From Kipferlia bialata (taxonomy: Eukaryota): DNA of 46,688 nt. The stretch is from assembly GCA_003568945.1 (NCBI GenBank), contig BDIP01000017.1, forward strand, positions 1-46,688, written 5' to 3'. Position numbers and translations under genes: made by a program. This document shows, in pieces, positions 13,501-25,220 of this stretch (its first letter is position 1; each line of letters begins with the position of its first letter). The notes under the pieces are model-generated. The model was not told the DNA's origin and made no database searches. It saw only the letters and a list, made by a program, of their open reading frames with translations.

Positions 13501-16500
13501 AGCATCAAAGTTGAAGTCCAGCACCCCCTGTCCCGAGTACAGTACCACATATCTACCATCTGGCACTGAGTGGCACTCAATGTCCCTGGTCAATAGGGTG
13601 TGGGCACACCTAGCGTCAGACTATGATGTATAGATATATATATGTGTGTGTGGGTATATATATATAGGCATATATATACTATGTGAGTAGTTCTCACTAG
13701 CACGATCTAACATGCACTCATCCCCTACCTATTTAGACACACACATAAAATATCATGTATATATACAACGTCGACCCCCCTACCTATTGACATGGGTGTA
13801 CAGCGGGTACCCATCGTCCGAGAGAGTGATCTCCCTATCGTTGGGGTTACCATCGGCGTCTAGACCATCCTCGTCATACCCGTCCAGAGTGTTCCTGAGG
13901 TGAGTATAGTGACATGTTACTCGGTTGTGTGACATGTTACACCACGTACCAGTTGTAGTCTGTGTGCCCGAGTGCCCCATAGAGCCACTGTCTGCTCCTG
14001 GGGTGAGGGTCATAGACATAGCAATAGAGGTGTACTGTACATATATATACTACTCATGACTGCGTTGTCTGCTCCTGAGGGTGAGGGGGTTGGATAGGAG
14101 TCATCATGTATATAGTGCGTCATATACTCTAATTCACAGTTAGTGCAATATGTGTGTATTATGTACAGGTACTATATGTATACACATCCTAGTCATGAGG
14201 TCCTTGTCACACTCTCCCTTTATCAAACTAATACTCCTTCTCTAGATACTGTACATACAATATATCTGAACTATTATATGTGTACCTAGTCATGAGGTCC
14301 CTTGTGACGCTCTCCCTCTGCCAGTCTGACACGCCACTCATGGACACACCCATCGAGGGGGGTCTGGGGGGTGAGGGTGGACAGAGAGAGATATATATAT
14401 AATGATTATATAGATATATATACGTGTGTCCGTATGAACGTACATACACCACCCATGGAGGGGGGTCTGGGGGTGGGGGTAGATGAGTATATACATTCAC
14501 GAATATACTTCGGCATATACGCCATGTAACAGGAAAATGTGAGGCGGACGTAATGATATAATGTATACATATCAGTATAATATTCCATACCTTGTGTCCC
14601 AGTCGCCTCTGTCCATCAGTGTGTCACAGGCATCACCTGAGTACCCGGCATGGCACAGACACAGACCTGGCGGGTGAGTGGTATCATAGACTACCCTAAA
14701 AGAGATACAGAGTGGAAAATCACCTAAGGACCATACCTGTATCCGTATCCACCACAGTGTGTCTCAGATCCAGAATAACAGGGAGGAGATACTAAACATA
14801 TAATACATATGCATATATATTAGTGCTATCCCACCTGTATCCATGTCCACCACCCCATACACACATAGAGTGTCAGATACAGATGGACAGGTAGGGGCAG
14901 TGGTGAAGACTAGAGGGGCACTCTCGGACTGGGGTAAAGGCACAAAGCGCGTGTGTATGAGAGAGAGAGGTAGAGATGCAATGATACAACAACAGTGAAT
15001 ATGAATATATATGTATATATATGTATAGACCTTCATACCTCACTTAGTGGCACACCCCCGTTGGCTGCAAAGTGACTGTATGCCTGGTATCTGGCAGAGG
15101 AGGAGAGGGTCTCCATGCTGTGGTGCTGGGCATCTGAGGTGAGGGACTACTATGCTATATACACGCCTGTTATATATATATATATAGAGAGAGAGAGAGT
15201 GGACAAACAAACGCCATACATAGACACATTCATACACTACTATACTGTGGTACGGGGCATCTGCAGTGAGGGGTCTATCATAGGCCATGAATAGATGTAC
15301 TATACTACAAACATTATGTGTGTGAATAGACCCTAACAACCCACCTATCAGCCCACAGTCCTTGTTGTACCACATGTCCTCCTCACACATGTTGGTGTGC
15401 TTGGTGAGGGCAGGGGCGATCACAGCACGGGAGCCCTGGGGGTTGAGGCATACATACGCACATGTGAATGTGCACGACATAGTGTGAAGTAGTTGACCAA
15501 TACACAGCTACGCATACCTGTGACCGCAGAGTGTTGAGCCAGTCGAGGGTGAGGTCAGTGACAAGCTGGTTACTCGATTCAGTGTCAGATTCACCCATCA
15601 GAATGCGGGTCATTCTACCTACAGGTGAGATAGCTCCCCATATCATTGTTCCATTAAGACATATTTGTGTTAGAAGCCACTTAGACCAGTTATACATACC
15701 CTCCAGTCTGCTCTCCCTCTGTGCGTCCAGTAGCTCATCAGCAGAGGGGTCATCGGACCTGGAGTACCTGAAGGTGAGTATGTGAGTAGGAGACAAACAC
15801 ATACATTCATACACCACATTCATGTTTACTGTCTCCTATACACGTACAGTACTAGTATGTAAGAAACCCCTATACCTGAACCGTGCCCCGTGTGTGGATG
15901 GCCTCAGGTGCATATACACATACAAATACATACATATACACATAAGAGTATGTATATAAACACATGTATATACCTGAACCTAGCCCCGTATGTGGATGGC
16001 CTCAGATGGATACCACCCAGGGTGGGCATGGTACGGAGGCCATAGTCAAGGGCCTGGGGTTGATACAGATACATAACATATACATCTATATACAGGTATA
16101 TACAAGTAGCACTAGGCCATAGTCATGCATCATTACTATTCTTATGACTAAAGAGGAGAGGCCATAGTCAAGGGCCTAGTTGGTAGAGAGATATACATTT
16201 GTCTTTGTATTTCAGAAGGGGTACGCACCACTTGTGCTAGCCCTGTGAAGTATGGGTCGTCTGATATGATGCCCCTGTCCACTGCATAGAGGAGGAGGGC
16301 AGGGTCATCCAGGGAGTCTGGGGGTTAGATGTATATACAAAAAACAATATACAATTTACATTTTCCAATATTCAATATTCAATAATCGATATTATCAAAT
16401 GTATATACATACATACATATATATACCTAGCAGGGCCAGTGTCTCTGAGTCACTGCTGTCATAGCTACCAGTGCCATAGGAGCCAAGGGAGCCTGGGGTC

Positions 16501-18048
16501 AGGAGAGCATGGGTGTCACTTTGGAATAGAGATATATACACCAATATGTCCCATATATGTCCTGTCACCTTTGTATGTGATGTGCTTGATGTATGTATAC
16601 TAAATATATATACTCTACACCAATGCCCACATATATACTCTTTCTATAGCACTAATATAATCAATAGAGGGACAGACACCCTCTCCACCTGTGTATGTGA
16701 TGTGCTTTCCGTAGTTTTACTCTACACCAATACATGTGAATCCTCTACGTTCAATCCATACTATACACATACATGGACACACCTGTGTATGTGATGTGCT
16801 TGACGTATGTATTGGCCAGGGCCAGGAAGGCATCATCCCTGGGGGTGAGGCATACGGTACAGGTAGTGTGAATACTTAGATGCTTGTAGTGAGAGACCAG
16901 TAAGCCCGCACCTATCCTTCATGTCCTGCAGATACAGGTCTAAGTGGTTGTCATACAGTGTGACCATGACCCACTCAGACACACTTGAAGGGGAGGCAGA
17001 GGAGGGGTAGGCGAGGTCCCACAGCTGGAATAGTAAGTACATATAACAGTACATATATATATATATGTATACATGTGTATATGTCATATCCTATACCTGT
17101 GCGGCAGACACGGTCTGTGTCAGGTGGGCACCAACAGCACCCATGTAGGCCTAGAGAGTGAGAAGAGACAGCAATAGATATAGATCTACACTATCGACTG
17201 TCATGACTAACCTTCTCTCCATACTGCAGGTATCTAGGCCGAACGGACCAGTCTCTATGGTGAGAGAGCAGCAATAGTATGTCGAGGTATACATACAGTC
17301 ACTAGTCTAAACCTAAACTGCTCTGCACACAGTGTGAAAGAGTCATCTGATATGGACACATATGTATCAATGAAAGAGTGTATGAACACAAATATACGAG
17401 TAATAATTGAACTCCTCACCATGTGACACAAGAGATAGGGACAAGTACAGACATAAATACGTGTGAAGATTACCTGAACTGCTCTGCGCACTGTGTGACA
17501 TAGCCATCGGTGGCATCGGCAGGCAGGGTGAGGGAGATGGAGAGGCCTGGGGTGGGGGGATGTAAGGAAAAGACTAGAGAGTAGACATGTAGAACACAAT
17601 ATGTTCATGTCATATGTCAACAACTTGGCGTTTCATAAAAGTGCACCTGTCTCCTCCGCCAGTCCCTTGTAGTACAGGTACGGCATGGACTCGTCAGACT
17701 GGGTGGTTAGAGTGTACACATACATGTGTAGAATAGAGTATACTTAGAGTGTCGCTATGTATACAGGTACGGCATGGACTCGTCAGACTGGGGTGACAAG
17801 GATACATATGGGTATATGGATATGAATGGGATTACAAATCTATAGATATGACAAATATATGACAATTCTAAAACTGTTATATTTCATATTATGTGTATAC
17901 CTCATACCCATATACACATAGATAGGTATGGATATGGATATGGATAGAGATACAAGGAAAGAATAGGATACCCACCTTCTAGTACAGCCTCTCTATCTAT
18001 ACCTATCTATACATATATGTACATACAACTCAGTAAATACTATATTAA

Positions 18049-18080
<32 letters not shown>

Positions 18081-20293
18081 GCCCCCACCTTGTAGTACAG
18101 CCTCTCCATTGGTCTGTCCTCCCATGCTCGTGTCTTGTCCCCACTGTTCCACTCATCCTCACTCAGGGTGCTGTCGGACTCCCACTGACATTAGAAGGAT
18201 AGTATATACACAAACCCCCCCACACACACGCATATGTATATATGAAGTGAAGACAAGTACAACATAGGGTGCTGTCGGACTCCACTGGAGTGGGTATGAG
18301 GACTCTTCATTGATGAGGTTAATACCCCGGGAACAGTATTCTTATGCCCATATGGCCAGACACAGCATCCCCCCTACCTCTGGGTGTATTGTGTCGAACG
18401 GCTGCACTGCTGCTATGTACTCTGGTGTGTAGAGGGCATCGGAGGGGAGGCCATCAGATTCAGGTACACACTTGGGGTGAGAATAGGGGTGTAGGGAGAG
18501 AGAGAGAGAGAGAGAGAGGCCATCGGACTCGGGTGCACACTAAGAGTGAAAATAGGGATGGAAAGAGAGAAGAACGGAGAAAGACAGACAGAGAGAGAGA
18601 GAAGGGTATGAGACTGAGTCACAGCCCATGGGGGAATGTGGTGAAGAGAGAGGGAGATTACGACTACGTAGTGGGAGAGAGACATGCTCCACCTGCAGAG
18701 AGTGCAGTGAGAGAGAGTATAAGGGTGTAGGATGAGAGAGAGAGAAAGATGTCATACCTTGAGGGAGTGCACTGGGTCTGACACGTCTGAGTGGGATATC
18801 AGGATGAGGGCATGGCTGGGGTCACAAAGAGAGAGAGAGAGAGAGAGAGAGGGAATATGAGGGTAGAGCTGGTTAGATATATAGATAGTCCAGTATATAT
18901 GTATATATATATACTGGGAGTATGGTACCTGTATGGCGTCTCTCTGTACGAGTACGAGGTGAATACATGGTCACCAATGGGCACAGGTATTACATCCAGT
19001 CTGATATGGTAGACCCCATCAGACTCAGAGACTAGCTCGACAGGTCCCCGGAAGTCAAGAGACCCTGTCCCACTGAATGTGCACACATACTCTGAGTAGG
19101 GGAGGGTGTTGGAGACTGCGACTGGGCCTCCATAGAGATAACCTTGAGTTATACAATAATACATAGATACAGAAAGAGAGAAAGAGGTATTGGAGAATCC
19201 GAGTCTCCATAGAAACACCCTAGAGAAAGAGCCTCTATTTCAGAGACAGAGAGAGAGAGAAAGCACATGTGGAGGAGAGGGGTAGTGGAAGAGAGAGAGA
19301 GAGAGAGAGAGAGAGGTATGTCGCACCCTCTGCCATTGCCGTTGGGTAGTGTGTGTATGCATCTGCGGCACACTCAGTCTCATCAGGGTGGTAGTCCACA
19401 TACACATTCTGGGGTGAGGGGGGACGTAGTGTTAGAATATATAGCATACAACATAATAATAAGACACTCCACTGTATCTATGTCTGGGCCCACATACACA
19501 CACACACACATTCTGGGGTTAAATGGGGGGGGGCATAGTGATAGTATACATGTCGATACAGATTGATGACACTCTAGACTGAGTGGGATCTGCGTGCAGT
19601 CCAAGGATATTATAGTTGGTAGGCACCCACCTGTCTTCCGTATGTGTCTGTATCACCCTCACTGGTGCTGTACTTGTACCAGGCAGTGGTCTCTAGGTGC
19701 AGAAGCAGATTCCTGAGGGGTGAGAGACCGTGGACAGAAAGACAGGGAGAGAGGGAAGGGATAGAGAAGTCAGTAGGAGAAAGAAAGAAAGGGGGGGGAG
19801 CAGATATTGTTTATGCTGACACACATAAGAATAGGGACTAGAGAGTGAGAGGGGAAGCGAGGTAGGTAGGGTATACAGGATTGGGGGGGGTTAGTAGGTG
19901 GGATAGTACTCTCTCACCTGAACACCCAGTCTGTGCCCCACATGTCTGGCTTGGCCACAGGTACACCGACCTAGGGGGTGAGGGGGGGGGGGGAGATGTG
20001 TGGGAACCTACAGGTAGATACTGATAGTCATGCTGTGTGTCACTGGATTAGACACTCTTCCTAAACAGACCTCCCTCGAGAGAATACAGTCAATACATAC
20101 AAAGACACCGCACAGTATCACAAAAGACAGGTCTGATAAGACAAAGAGAGAGAGAGAGAGAGAGAGAGAGGAGTAGTACCTCAGTCCGCGGCTCACAGGC
20201 ATCCCCCCTGAAGAATGCATTGGAGGGGATGTCATCACACACAGAGGCACCCAGACACAGGGATACAAGACACACTGACACAAGGATACGCAT
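549..20293 (-). CDS. giant multi-exon type-I membrane protein: signal peptide, 3x clan GH-A-like (bacterial 'cellulose-binding protein'-type) glycosidase domains, EGF-like spacers, stalk, TM, Pro-rich tail
   Basis: Exon 1 (20293-20180) encodes MRILVSVCLVSLCLGASVC (signal peptide; alternative ATG at 20299). Dozens of GT-AG exons splice into recurring motifs (GMNVSGISDWSTE, GQYTILYDGDG, TNPDDPLRNIRVV, RFMD/RVMNW, YIELSNEVW/YLEGVGNENW, YEGG). The terminal exon 3364-549 holds the TM (LLLVAGAAILGVLVCIGGVYLY) and PPPPP tail. A few internal exon boundaries remain unresolved. Confidence 0.8.
3280..8271 (-). other. GH-A-like domain copy 3 (acid/base NE and nucleophile YEGG retained)
   Basis: Spliced peptides RLGMNVSGISDWSTE, GLFLTITRTNPDDPLRNIRVV, WHPAYLEYMGQFGAIRVMNWL, DLWLTLPYASDDTYI, VYLEGVGNENWNG (exon 5858-5909), LATYEGGP (~3957-3975) and YGCWGLVEY. 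Confidence 0.78.
8460..9580 (-). other. tandem EGF-like/Cys-rich modules
   Basis: Exons encode GQCLTDGTVACDYGY, CTCGTDYEGDTC, CVCDTGYVYDASLHECV and CVYGDCIDGACVCWAGYGGDRC. Confidence 0.75.
9640..14365 (-). other. GH-A-like domain copy 2 (acid/base NE and nucleophile-position Glu retained)
   Basis: Spliced peptides MGVSMSGVSDWQRE, GRYVVLYSGQGVLDF, NRTDPEDPIRDIVV, VLRFMDLMVTN, DPWVNIGH, MYIELSNEVWG (exon 11543-11634), DALALAPY and RLISYESA. Confidence 0.75.
14628..15135 (-). other. Cys-rich/EGF-like linker between GH-like copies 1 and 2
   Basis: Exons encode PTCPSVSDTLCVYGVVD and CLCHAGYSGDACD (EGF C-x-C-x2-GY-x-G-x2-C). Confidence 0.65.
15360..19970 (-). other. GH-A-like domain copy 1 (degenerate; catalytic Glu motifs replaced)
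   Basis: Spliced peptides GVPVAKPDMWGTDWVFR, YVCTFSGTGSLDF, ISHSDVSDPVHSLK, SLTLPADATDGYVTQCAEQFR, AYMGAVGAHL and RTMPTLGG occur in the same order as in copies 2 and 3. Confidence 0.6.
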
Positions 20294-20299
20294 GCTCAT

Positions 20300-20463
20300 C
20301 CTATTGGGCGACACGAATGTCACCCAGGGTTGGAAGGGAGGAAGAGGGCAGATGATCAGACCCTGACTGGTTGATAGCATGAAACGTTCAGACGTTCTCT
20401 ATACTCAGAGACTCTGCTTCTCTAGTCTTCACACCGATCGTGAAGAAGGTCCACGTTATCAAT
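20300..20463. promoter_or_regulatory. compact divergent (putatively bidirectional) promoter region
   Basis: About 165 bp separate two signal-peptide-encoding start codons on opposite strands (20293/20299 minus; 20464 plus). No specific motif identified. Confidence 0.5.
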
Positions 20464-23400
20464 ATGTGGGTGGTCCTTGTATGTATGGCGGTGGTCGCTT
20501 GCATGCAGACCCCCTTCGGGCCTAGACCCGTCCCCAAAGACACATATGGGAGAGGTAACCGTCCCTCATTGTGAATACCATAGTCTATCGTGAGTCACGA
20601 TTCGTGACCAGCTTACCCCTTCACAGTCAGACGTAACACTGAAAATGCATTAGTTTAACCTACTGACTGATTCTATCATCTTCCAAGTTCGCATTCTGGG
20701 CTAATACTTAATGTGTGTGGCCTACACGCTCCACTGGAGTGTTCAGGTACTGACCCTCAGGTGTCCCAGCAGGTGCATTCACCTATCTCTCTGACCTTGT
20801 ACTGCCATCCTACCCTGGCCCCTATCCTGAGCTGGCACTCACAGAGGGCAGGGCATCGGTGTCAGGTGGGAGCGCATGCCTATTGAACAGTGCACTGCAT
20901 TGTATCTATGTACCAAGTCACACCCTCTCTTTCCTTCTCACCCTAGGCGATTGGGCCGCAGTATCAGGGGAAGGTTAGTCCAGGTGCAAAAGGGAGAGCG
21001 AATGCCTTTAAGGGACTGTGGTATATATTGAATGACTATTGCCAACTACACACACTCTCACTCTCCCTGTCTTTCGACATCTCATCCCCTAGGCATCAGT
21101 GACGGTGTGATAGAGGATATGGTCATTCTCTTCCACTCTGAGGCGTGCAGATCGGACCAGAGTCCTACCCTCCAGAGATGGGTGCCCGCTGACACTGCTC
21201 TACACGGTACCCTTCCCTGTATGTCAGGTACATACCCAGAGTATACATGTAGTCCGACATACTTGTCAAGGGAGTGCACTGCCACTGTACACTCTGGATT
21301 ATATACATATATGTGGGGCTCACCATGCCCAACACACTAGTAACAGATACTTACCCCAGGGGACTGGCTGGTGGTGTCTACTGAGACTGGGGTAGACACC
21401 TACATCATGACTGTCACTGGGCCTGAACTCCACTCATCCCTACCCGTGCCTCTCTCCCCCTCTGCGTGTGTTGTGTCCCTTGCGGTCTCTGGTTCTTACC
21501 TAGTTGTGGGCACCTCAGACCAAGAGGTCTACACCTACCTCTACTCTGCGGCCTCAGATACCTGGTCCCTCCAGGGAGACCTCACACCCATCTACCCTCC
21601 ACTCTCTGAGCTGAGTTGTCCAACCCGGTTTGGAGAGGTCCTTTCTCTCTATGTCTCAGACGATGCAGAGGGTAGTGAGGCAGCTAGGGTGGCAGTGACA
21701 GTCAGTGACGCCGGTTCTTACTACGTGTACCTCTTTGAACCGGCACAAGGGTTAGGGGACTCCACTGCCTGGGTACAATCAGGAGTCGTCATGCCTACCA
21801 CCTCGTCAGGGACAGGACCCGTAGGCACAGTGGGTACCGCTGTAGCAGTCTCCGGCGCCACCCTTGTCACAGCAGGTTGCCGCAGTTCCCTCGACTGTGT
21901 TATCCAGACATTTACACTCTGTCAGGAGAACAAGTACACAGACTCCATTGATGAGTGGTGTATAGAGAGCGAGATACCAACCGGGGCTGAGGTGTCATAT
22001 CTCAGCCTTGTTGATAACATACTGGCAGTTGGGTGTGTGGATGAGGCTGTATTGTACTCGGTGGACCCCTTGTCCCCCGTTGTCCTCTCACACTTCCACA
22101 GCAGTCTCTCAGTGACTTGTGTACCGCAGTTGGCTAGAGAGAGAGACACTGGGGAAGGAGGATCCCCAATGCACACCGCCATCATACAGGTGATTCCTAT
22201 ATTGTACTGATACACTCTGCTTGTCCTGCTGACCACCAGTGTGGGTCCCTTGCAGCAGTTGGAAGCATGAGTGTTACACTGACTGTCAACCGAATTCACT
22301 TCGGGACCTCTGTCGCAGCGGTGGAGTACCCTGGTTCAGACTATGACTTCTACCGTCAGTTGTCGTTCTGGGATGACTTCTCTCTCTACCCTCATGACTC
22401 ACAGGCAGTGTACGGCTCTGCGTATACCGTTGAATCCTCCAATTCTATGACTGTGTTAGTTGATACTGCGGCAGACCCAACTATTCTCTTCGGCGACCCC
22501 CACGACTCCATATCCATGTCATTCCATGTTAGCATGTACACAGATGTCTTGTGGTCACCTTTCCTGGCAACATGTGTCTCACTGCTACTATGTGCGTGCG
22601 TGTCTGTGTATGTTGCTTGTCGGTGGAGGGGTGTCTATAGGAATACCGTCTATGCCGCTTCTGAGTCTGAGTCTATAACTGTTGAGGGCAATCATGCAGC
22701 GATACTGGAGAGAGTATCACCCGGGAGCAGGGTTGTTTCTCAGGTCGTACTAACTGTGGCACTCTGTGCGGCAAAAGCGTGTAGACTCTGTGTCGACTTG
22801 TACGTGCTCTCACTCTTGTATCCGTTCGTCACATCACGGTTCCTCCCAAGTATAAGAGAGGACTTGCCTTTCCCACTGGACACTGTGTACGACATAGTGC
22901 GGCAGGCCCAAGATTACTCTCTAGAGTTCGCGCATCGTGCCCTCGCGGCCTGCCTCTATTACGAGGACCTAGCTGTCATTCTGTTCCACTTTGTTGTCCG
23001 GGGGTTTGCTTTTGCCATCAATCGTACCATTGTGAGGTGGGAGGCCACCTGTCACCCGTACGTACGCGGAGTTTTGGCAGTGGTCTACACCATTCTGAAC
23101 ATGGGTCTCTGTTGTAGCACCACCCACATTCTCTACACGATGTGGAACAGGCAGGTCTCTGGTGACATGTACCTAGTGACGCCAATGGGGGTGGCTACCC
23201 TAGGATGCTGTGTGATTATGTGCTGGATACTATATGACAAGGACACGTGGATTGGATACTTAGCCAAGAGCATTCAGCGCATTGGAGGCCTTGTCACCAG
23301 CTACATGAGATCCTTCCACAACCCAGTGCATTCATCGAGACCTGAATCTTCTCTCTCCATATTGTGCTTGAATGTAGTGCTTGCTCCCTTTGTAGCTCTA

Positions 23401-24408
23401 TACTACCTCGTTCTTGTTGTGGGGCTACTCATGGTTGTGCTTGTGAGTACTGCTGTGTCTCTTCTCAGCTGGGTGGCGGTTCCCGTCCTGGCAGCTGTGC
23501 CTCACCTCCTGAGGGCCATGGTGGGAGTGTACTCTCCCGCACAGGAACACATCCGTGTGCTTGGCCTATCATCTCAGACTCGGTCGCCAAGCACCACCGC
23601 TAGTGTCGTCCTAACAGGGGTTGTGTGTGTGGTGTGGCAGCTACTGAGTCTACCCTCAATGAGCCACAACAGGCTTGGTGAGGTCCTGGTAGTGCTTCTG
23701 AGTGCCACTGTTACCACCTGTGTGGTAGATGGGTATACGTTCGACCCCTTTGCCTCACTATTGCCCACCAAGGGGGTGGAATCAAGTACACCTGCCCTCA
23801 CTTGGGAGGACCGAGACAGCAAGGGTATCAATGGCGACTGGACTCAAGATGTGGTGTCAGGCTACTCATCCCTGCTCTCCCCTACTCCCGCGGCCTTGAG
23901 GCATGCGGAGCTCACTATGACCCTAAAGACCAATGCACTACTCTTCATACCCTATGTCGGCCCTACCTGTAAGGTTGTCGCGGACCGCCTGACATCGCCG
24001 CCTCTCCGGGTACCAGGATGCCCTTCAAGCAAGAGGCTATGGGTCAGCAACATACTTGCCACCCTCTGTGTGTTCTTCCTAGCCTACCAGATGGCCTTCC
24101 CCACCATCTCCAATGGCCAACTAACAGCCATGTGTGTAGTGTTCTGGGTGTTTGCTGCCCAGCAGGTGTGGGATGCGTATTGGCAGAGTGAGAGGGTGTT
24201 AGGACTGAGGTCAAAGGCCAGCGACTCACGGAACACCATGACAGGAGTGGAGAAGTACTCTTCCTTGGACCTGGAGGGGGTGCATGTCAGCGACAGAGAT
24301 GCCATGAGTAAGAAAGAAGCCGAGGCAGCTGAGACCATGGCGCTGCTGACCACCCAGACGGAGATGGCAGGGATTAACGGGTATGGAAACAGCGCCCTGT
24401 CTTGGTAA
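20464..24408 (+). CDS. membrane protein, ~1118 aa: signal peptide, beta-repeat (FG-GAP/propeller-like) ectodomain and ~11 TM helices
   Basis: Exons 20464-20554, 20761-20865, 20947-20973, 21093-21227, 21360-22189 and 22240-24408 join in phase with GT-AG. N-terminus is MWVVLVCMAVVAC. Ectodomain repeats include SLAVSGSYLVVG, RFGEVLSL, VGTAVAVSGATLVTAG and LSLVDNILAVG; the last exon has many hydrophobic segments. Confidence 0.75.
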
Positions 24409-24884
24409 TCGTTCGGAAGTGATCCCCAGTTCTGGGCCATGCTCTGAGCCTCAGACTCTGAGGGAGTGTTGGAGAATATATGACTATGAAAACTGTGTCC
24501 TTGGATTCATCTGTCTCACCGACCTTGTTTTACCTCCGGCGAAGAGCCGATGATCTTTCATTTACACTCTAGAACTCTGGCTTGCCCAACAAGATCGAGT
24601 CGCACCAGTGGTGCGGCACGGCATACATCACAAAGGGCCGATCATTGTAAATCTTGGCACATGACTATCTATTCAGATCATCTCACGTCAACCACGAAGG
24701 TGTTTGAGACAGTCACCCTACTCACAGCCGTTGATATAATCCACAGTACACCGAATTCAGGAATGGGCCAGATTCACTAGCCCCTTTCGAAGAAACTAAA
24801 ATAGCTGAATGATCGGTGTGGAAGATCGGTGAAGATGAACGTACGGACACCGCTCTTTCACCACCTAATTTTCAACTTTTATCA

Positions 24885-25164
24885 ATGAGAGTCCTAGCCC
24901 TGCTTGCCGTCGTCGTTCTGGTGTGTGCTGCGTCTACCAAGGTGCACATACACTAGTGTTGCCCGCTATAGTAGCGATTACTCTGCCTGTCTTGAGAGTA
25001 CAGTTGGCTTTCTATATCCAGGCTCTCACCTTCTCACCTCTCAGCCCATGCGCTTCAATAACCACCACGACCGTAAGTGCGACACATGCGGCATCTGGAT
25101 GGACGAGATAGGATATATTTGGGATAAATATTGGAAGTCTTTTGATGGAGGGGAAGGAGTCTTA

Positions 25165-25220
<56 letters not shown>

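Noticed and set aside
3500..20200. Introner (intron-generating transposon) origin for the many introns
   Set aside because: I see no shared sequence or terminal repeats between different introns; each intron's similarity is to its own flanking exon.
4089..20283. Numerous 60-140 aa ORFs rich in YI/IY, SL/LS or RE/ER
   Set aside because: They are translations of (TA)n/(CT)n/(GA)n microsatellites, antisense frames, or fragments of real exons.
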